Positions 58,978 to 64,000 of a stretch of 64,000 nt of DNA are shown here, piece after piece. The notes beneath the pieces are model-generated. The model was given only the letters and a program-made list of their open reading frames with translations. It was not told the origin of the DNA and ran no database searches. Source of the stretch: an uncultured Methanosarcinales archaeon (GTDB taxonomy: Archaea > Nanobdellota > Nanobdellia > Woesearchaeales > CAZOXR01); the NCBI GenBank assembly GCA_964566535.1, contig CAZMIO010000001.1, forward strand, positions 62,001-126,000, read 5' to 3'. The position numbers and the translations under genes were made by a program. How positions within the stretch are numbered: position 1 is the first letter of the stretch; every line of letters begins with the position of its first letter.

Positions 58978-61779
58978 ATGAAGAATATAATTATTAAGGG
59001 TGCTCGTGAACATAATCTGAAAAATGTTAATATTGACCTGCCTAGAGATAAGTTTATTGTAATCACTGGTCTATCAGGCTCTGGGAAATCAACTCTTGCT
59101 TTTGATACATTATATGCTGAAGGTCAACGAAGATATGTTGAATCACTTTCTGCTTATGCCAGACAGTTTCTTGGGCTGATGAGTAAGCCAGACGTGGATT
59201 CTATTGAAGGGCTTTCTCCTGCAATTTCAATTGAACAAAAGACAACTTCAAAAAATCCTCGCTCAACCGTTGGAACGGTTACTGAGATTTATGATTATCT
59301 AAGGCTTCTTTTTGCTCGCATTGGAATACCTCATTGCCCAGTTCATAATATCAAGATTCAATCACAAACACCTGAAAGAATTGCAGAGAACATTGGAAAA
59401 GATTTATCTGGTGAGGTTGTTATCTTATCTCCCATTATCAGACAGAAAAAAGGAACTTATGAGAAACTAATTCTTGATTTGAACAAGGAAGGGTATAGCA
59501 GAGTAAGGGTTAACAAGAAAATTCAGAGAACTGATGAAAAAGTAAAACTTGAGCGGTATAAAAAACATGATATAGAGATTGTGATTGACAGATTGAACTG
59601 TTCAGATAAGTCAAGATTAACAGAGAGTGTTGAGAATGCCTTGCTTAAATCAAAGGGATTGATCATAGTTGTTGATGACAAGGGGAAAGACCACTTGTAT
59701 TCGTCAAGAATGGCTTGTCCTAAATGTGGAATTGTTTTTGAAGAACTTCAGCCAAGGATGTTTTCCTTTAACAGCCCTTTTGGTGCATGTGAAGAATGTT
59801 CTGGTTTAGGGATAAAAATGGAATTTGATCCTGACTTAATGATTCCAGATAAAACAAAATGTATTGCAGATGGAGCAGTAATGGTTTACAGAAATGCAAT
59901 TGATGGGTGGCGTGGACAGTATTTGGGTGCTGTTGCAAAACATCATGGTTTTGATGTTTTTACTCCAATTAAAGATATTTCTAAAGAACAGTATGATGTT
60001 TTACTTCATGGTTCTTCTGAGAGAATCAAATTTAGTTTGTCAATGAAGAACGGTGATGCTAATTGGTCTAATATCGGGACCTGGGAGGGCCTTATTCCTC
60101 AGTCTGAGCGGTTATATCGACAAACTGAATCAGACTATAGGAAAAGGGAATTAGAGAAGTATATGAGGATTAGTGCTTGTCCTAAATGTAATGGTAAAAG
60201 GCTAAAAGATAAGATACTTGCAGTAAGGGTAGGGGGGAAATCAATTATTGAAGTGACTGAGATTTCTATTAAAGATAGTATCTCATTTTTTGAAAATTTA
60301 ACATTAAATGATAAGGAAAAAACTATTGCAAAGCAAGTTTTAAAAGAAATTAATTCTAGATTAAACTTTTTAGGGAAGGTTGGACTTTCATATCTATCTT
60401 TATCCAGATCTGCTGGAACTTTGTCTGGAGGAGAGGCCCAAAGAATAAGACTTGCAACACAGATTGGTTCTAACCTTATGGGTGTTATGTATATCTTAGA
60501 TGAGCCTTCAATTGGGCTACATCAAAGGGATAATCAGAAACTGATAGATACTCTGCACAGATTAAGGGATATTGGGAACACACTCATTGTTGTAGAGCAC
60601 GATGAAGATACAATAAAAAAAGCAGATTATGTTGTTGATATGGGACCTGGTGCTGGGCTTCATGGAGGCAGGGTTGTTGCCAAAGGAACGCCAAGTCAAA
60701 TTGAGAAAAACAGTAAGTCTTTAACAGGGAAATATTTATCAAGAAAGCTTGGGATTGAAGTCCCTAAAAAAAGGAGGGTATCAGAAAAGTATATTCATGT
60801 TAATGGGTGCAAACAAAATAATCTTAAGGATATCGATGTTAAGATACCGATTGGTTTACTTACTCTTATTACTGGTGTTTCTGGTTCAGGTAAATCTACA
60901 TTGATTTATGAGATTTTGTATAAGGCATTGATGAGGAAACTTCATAATTCTAAACTTCTTCCTGGGAAACATGATAGTATTGCTCTTGATTCTGAGATTG
61001 ACAAGATAATTGTAATTGATCAAACGCCTATTGGAAAAACTCCAAGGAGTAATCCTGCAACGTATACGAAGGTATTTGATGAAATCCGTAAGATTTTTTC
61101 AGAAGTTAGGGATTCTAAATTGAAGGGGTATAAACCTGGAAGGTTTTCTTTTAATGTCAAAGGTGGGAGGTGTGAGGCATGTCAGGGCGATGGTGTAATA
61201 AAAATTGAGATGAACTTTCTGCCTGATGTATATGTTGAATGTGAAGATTGTAAAGGCAAAAGGTACAATAAAGACACACTTGAGATTAAGTATAAGGATA
61301 AGTCAATTGCTGATGTACTATCTTTGACTGTTGAAGAAGCATTAAGTTTATTTGAAAATATTCCCCAGATTAAAAATAAGATTGATACTTTGATGAGGGT
61401 TGGCCTTGGTTATATTAAATTAGGGCAGAGTTCTATTACTCTCTCTGGTGGGGAGGCTCAAAGAATAAAGTTAACTAGGGAGCTTGCTAAGAAAGCAACT
61501 GGAAAAACAATTTATATCTTAGATGAACCAACAACAGGTCTTCATTTTCATGATGTAAAAAAATTGATTAGGGTTCTAAATGATCTGGTTGGAAAGAATA
61601 ATACAGTAGTTGTTATTGAGCACAATCTTGATGTTATTAAATCAGCAGACCATATAATTGATTTAGGGCCTGAGGGAGGGGATGCTGGAGGTTATGTTAT
61701 TGCGCAAGGTGGGCCTGAGGCGATTTCTAAGAACGAAAAAAGTCATACAGGACAATTCTTAAAAGAAATCTTAAAATGA
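58978..61779 (+). CDS. uvrA: Excinuclease ABC subunit A
   Basis: Two ABC ATPase sites ([16 protein letters not shown]), LSGGEAQR twice, zinc fingers. Confidence 0.98.
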   Translation: MKNIIIKGAREHNLKNVNIDLPRDKFIVITGLSGSGKSTLAFDTLYAEGQRRYVESLSAYARQFLGLMSKPDVDSIEGLSPAISIEQKTTSKNPRSTVGTVTEIYDYLRLLFARIGIPHCPVHNIKIQSQTPERIAENIGKDLSGEVVILSPIIRQKKGTYEKLILDLNKEGYSRVRVNKKIQRTDEKVKLERYKKHDIEIVIDRLNCSDKSRLTESVENALLKSKGLIIVVDDKGKDHLYSSRMACPKCGIVFEELQPRMFSFNSPFGACEECSGLGIKMEFDPDLMIPDKTKCIADGAVMVYRNAIDGWRGQYLGAVAKHHGFDVFTPIKDISKEQYDVLLHGSSERIKFSLSMKNGDANWSNIGTWEGLIPQSERLYRQTESDYRKRELEKYMRISACPKCNGKRLKDKILAVRVGGKSIIEVTEISIKDSISFFENLTLNDKEKTIAKQVLKEINSRLNFLGKVGLSYLSLSRSAGTLSGGEAQRIRLATQIGSNLMGVMYILDEPSIGLHQRDNQKLIDTLHRLRDIGNTLIVVEHDEDTIKKADYVVDMGPGAGLHGGRVVAKGTPSQIEKNSKSLTGKYLSRKLGIEVPKKRRVSEKYIHVNGCKQNNLKDIDVKIPIGLLTLITGVSGSGKSTLIYEILYKALMRKLHNSKLLPGKHDSIALDSEIDKIIVIDQTPIGKTPRSNPATYTKVFDEIRKIFSEVRDSKLKGYKPGRFSFNVKGGRCEACQGDGVIKIEMNFLPDVYVECEDCKGKRYNKDTLEIKYKDKSIADVLSLTVEEALSLFENIPQIKNKIDTLMRVGLGYIKLGQSSITLSGGEAQRIKLTRELAKKATGKTIYILDEPTTGLHFHDVKKLIRVLNDLVGKNNTVVVIEHNLDVIKSADHIIDLGPEGGDAGGYVIAQGGPEAISKNEKSHTGQFLKEILK

Positions 61780-63323
61780 TTGACTTAAAAAATATTCCAG
61801 AAAGTCCAGGGTGTTATTTATTTATGGACAAAGAAGGTAGGATAATCTATATTGGGAAGGCTAAGAATCTTAAGAAGAGAGTTAGTTCATATTTTCAGAA
61901 AAAAAGTTTTGATACTAAAACTGAGATATTGATTGGAAAGATTAAAGATGTTTCTTTTATTGCAACTAACAATGAGGTTGAGGCTTTAATTCTTGAGAAT
62001 AATTTAATTAAGAAAAATACGCCTAAATATAATATCAATCTTAAAGATTCTAAAAGGTATGCATATATTGAATTAACTAGGGAGAAGTTTCCTAGATTAG
62101 TTATTGCTAGGAAAAGGGTTTCTTCTGGGAAATATTTTGGTCCTTTTGTCTCTGGGACAGATAGGAATTATGTTAGGGAGCTTATTATTAAAACATTTAA
62201 GATTAGGACTTGTAAGAAATTCCCTAAAAAACCTTGTTTGAGATACCATATCAACTTATGTAGCGCACCTTGTGTGGGGCTTATTACTGAAACTAATTAT
62301 GATTCTGATGTTAGGTCTGCTGTTATGGTGCTTCGAGGTCATAATTCTGAATTGATTTCTGAATTAAAAAATAAAATGAATGACTCTTCTGAGAAAAAGG
62401 ATTATGAAAAGGCCATTGCGAGAAGAAACCAGATTCAAGCGGTTAAATGGTTATCTGAAAAGCAGACAATGGAGCGACAGAAAAAATATGATGAAGATAT
62501 CATCAACTTTATTGTAAAGGAGAGTAGGGTTTATTTGATTTTGTTTAATCTGTACAAAGGGATGCTTGAGAATAAACAGGAATTTGATTTTTTGTTTAAT
62601 GAGAATTTCTTTGAAGAATTTTTGGTGCAATATTATTCTGATAATCCCGTTCCTAAAGAGCTGATATTACCTAAATTGGTTGATGAATCAATTGGCCATT
62701 TCTTAAAGGAAAGAAGGAAGAATAATGTTATAATTACAGTTCCAAAGATTGGTGAGAAAAAGAATCTTTTGGAGTTAGTTGGGAAAAATATTGAGCTGAC
62801 TTTCTTTGGGGATATGACAAAACTTGATGACCTTAGGGCGAAGTTAAAATTGAATGAAAATCCTAATGTAATTGAATGTTTTGATATCTCGCATTTGTCT
62901 GGAACTTCAACAGTAGGATCAATGGTGCAATTCAGAAATGCAAAACCAGATAAATCAAATTATAGGAGATTTAAGATAAAAACTGTTTCTGGGATTGATG
63001 ATTTTGCTGCGATTTCTGAGGTTGTGAGTAGAAGATATAAAAGATTGATTTTAGAGAAAAAGGAACTGCCTAAACTAATAATTATTGATGGTGGTAAGGG
63101 TCAGTTATCAGCTGCGTTAGATGAACTTAATAAATTGAATCTTAAGATTCCAATTATTTCTATTGCTAAGAAAATGGAGGAGATATTTGTTCCAGGACTT
63201 TCTTTTTCAATAAGATTGGATAGGAAGAGCAAGGCACTTTTGTTGATTCAGGAGATGAGGGATGAGGCTCATAGGTTTGCAATTAAATATAATAGGCTGC
63301 TTAGGAAGAAGGAGATTAAGTAA
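61776..63323 (+). CDS. uvrC: Excinuclease ABC subunit C
   Basis: GIY-YIG (PGCY...YIGKAKNL), [22 protein letters not shown]. Confidence 0.96.
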   Translation: MIDLKNIPESPGCYLFMDKEGRIIYIGKAKNLKKRVSSYFQKKSFDTKTEILIGKIKDVSFIATNNEVEALILENNLIKKNTPKYNINLKDSKRYAYIELTREKFPRLVIARKRVSSGKYFGPFVSGTDRNYVRELIIKTFKIRTCKKFPKKPCLRYHINLCSAPCVGLITETNYDSDVRSAVMVLRGHNSELISELKNKMNDSSEKKDYEKAIARRNQIQAVKWLSEKQTMERQKKYDEDIINFIVKESRVYLILFNLYKGMLENKQEFDFLFNENFFEEFLVQYYSDNPVPKELILPKLVDESIGHFLKERRKNNVIITVPKIGEKKNLLELVGKNIELTFFGDMTKLDDLRAKLKLNENPNVIECFDISHLSGTSTVGSMVQFRNAKPDKSNYRRFKIKTVSGIDDFAAISEVVSRRYKRLILEKKELPKLIIIDGGKGQLSAALDELNKLNLKIPIISIAKKMEEIFVPGLSFSIRLDRKSKALLLIQEMRDEAHRFAIKYNRLLRKKEIK

Positions 63324-63362
63324 CCCCAAAATCTATAAATACCAATTAATTCACATATTACT

Positions 63363-64000
63363 ATGCATAAATTTCAACTTAAGTCAACATTCAAACCGAA
63401 AGGTTCGCAGCCTGAAGCGATAAAGCAATTGGTTAGCGGTCTTGATAAAAAGTTTAAGGCACAGACACTTTTAGGAGTTACTGGTTCTGGGAAGACTTTT
63501 ACTATGGCTAATGTTATTAGTAAATACCAGAAGCCTACACTTGTTCTTGCTCATAATAAGACTCTTGCTGCACAATTGTATAGCGAGCTAAAAGACTTTT
63601 TTCCAAATAACCGGGTTGAATATTTTGTTTCGTACTATGACTATTATCAACCTGAATCTTATATTGCATCAAAGGATCAGTATATTGAAAAGGATGCTGA
63701 GATTAATGCGAAGATTGAGCAATTAAGACTTGCGGCTACTGCTTCACTAATGTCACAGAATGATACAATTGTTGTTTGTTCTGTTTCTTGTATTTATGGT
63801 TTAGGGAATCCTGATAACTTTGAAAAATTAGGTTTTGAATTAAGTGTAGGGCAGAAAATTGAGAGAACGCAGATTTTACAAAAATTAATTCCTATTCATT
63901 TTGAGCGAAATGATCTAGAATTAATGCCTGGAAGATTCCGTGTTAAGGGAGACACAATTGATTTCATACCAGGATATTTTGATAACATCATTAGAATTGA
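63363..64000 (+). CDS. uvrB: Excinuclease ABC subunit B, 3'-truncated by the window edge (not in the ORF track)
   Basis: MHKFQLKS...[42 protein letters not shown]. Confidence 0.97.
   Translation, partial: MHKFQLKSTFKPKGSQPEAIKQLVSGLDKKFKAQTLLGVTGSGKTFTMANVISKYQKPTLVLAHNKTLAAQLYSELKDFFPNNRVEYFVSYYDYYQPESYIASKDQYIEKDAEINAKIEQLRLAATASLMSQNDTIVVCSVSCIYGLGNPDNFEKLGFELSVGQKIERTQILQKLIPIHFERNDLELMPGRFRVKGDTIDFIPGYFDNIIRI

Overview
A 64-kb chromosomal segment of an AT-rich archaeon, most likely DPANN (Woesearchaeota/Nanobdellota-like). This rests on archaeal informational genes (PolB, proteasome beta, aCPSF1, a short GatE, aEF-1alpha-uS10-tRNA-Ser, Pth2, type II MAP), TATA-box leaderless promoters and four intron-containing tRNAs. 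Housekeeping genes alternate with single, often secreted ORFans and with bacterial-type metabolic genes (hisI/G/A, dapB/A, lysA, proCAB, feoAB, uvrA/C/B). No CRISPR array, rRNA or integrase was seen, and there is one 100-N scaffold gap. The strongest leads are: (1) a histidyl-tRNA synthetase fused to an N-terminal ribbon-helix-helix DNA-binding domain, with two matching three-half-site operators bracketing its own promoter; (2) two secreted proteins carrying Poribacteria/FCB-type C-terminal sorting tails, plus a lipoprotein L,D-transpeptidase, hinting at interaction with bacteria; (3) a tandem trio of Cys-His-Asp enzymes, one frameshifted at an (AG)4 tract; (4) a candidate lysine regulon motif shared by an ACT-domain regulator, lysA and a repeat-flanked opine dehydrogenase cassette; (5) an 86-bp tandem array built from the tRNA-Glu 3' end. 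All calls come from reading motifs by eye; no searches were run.
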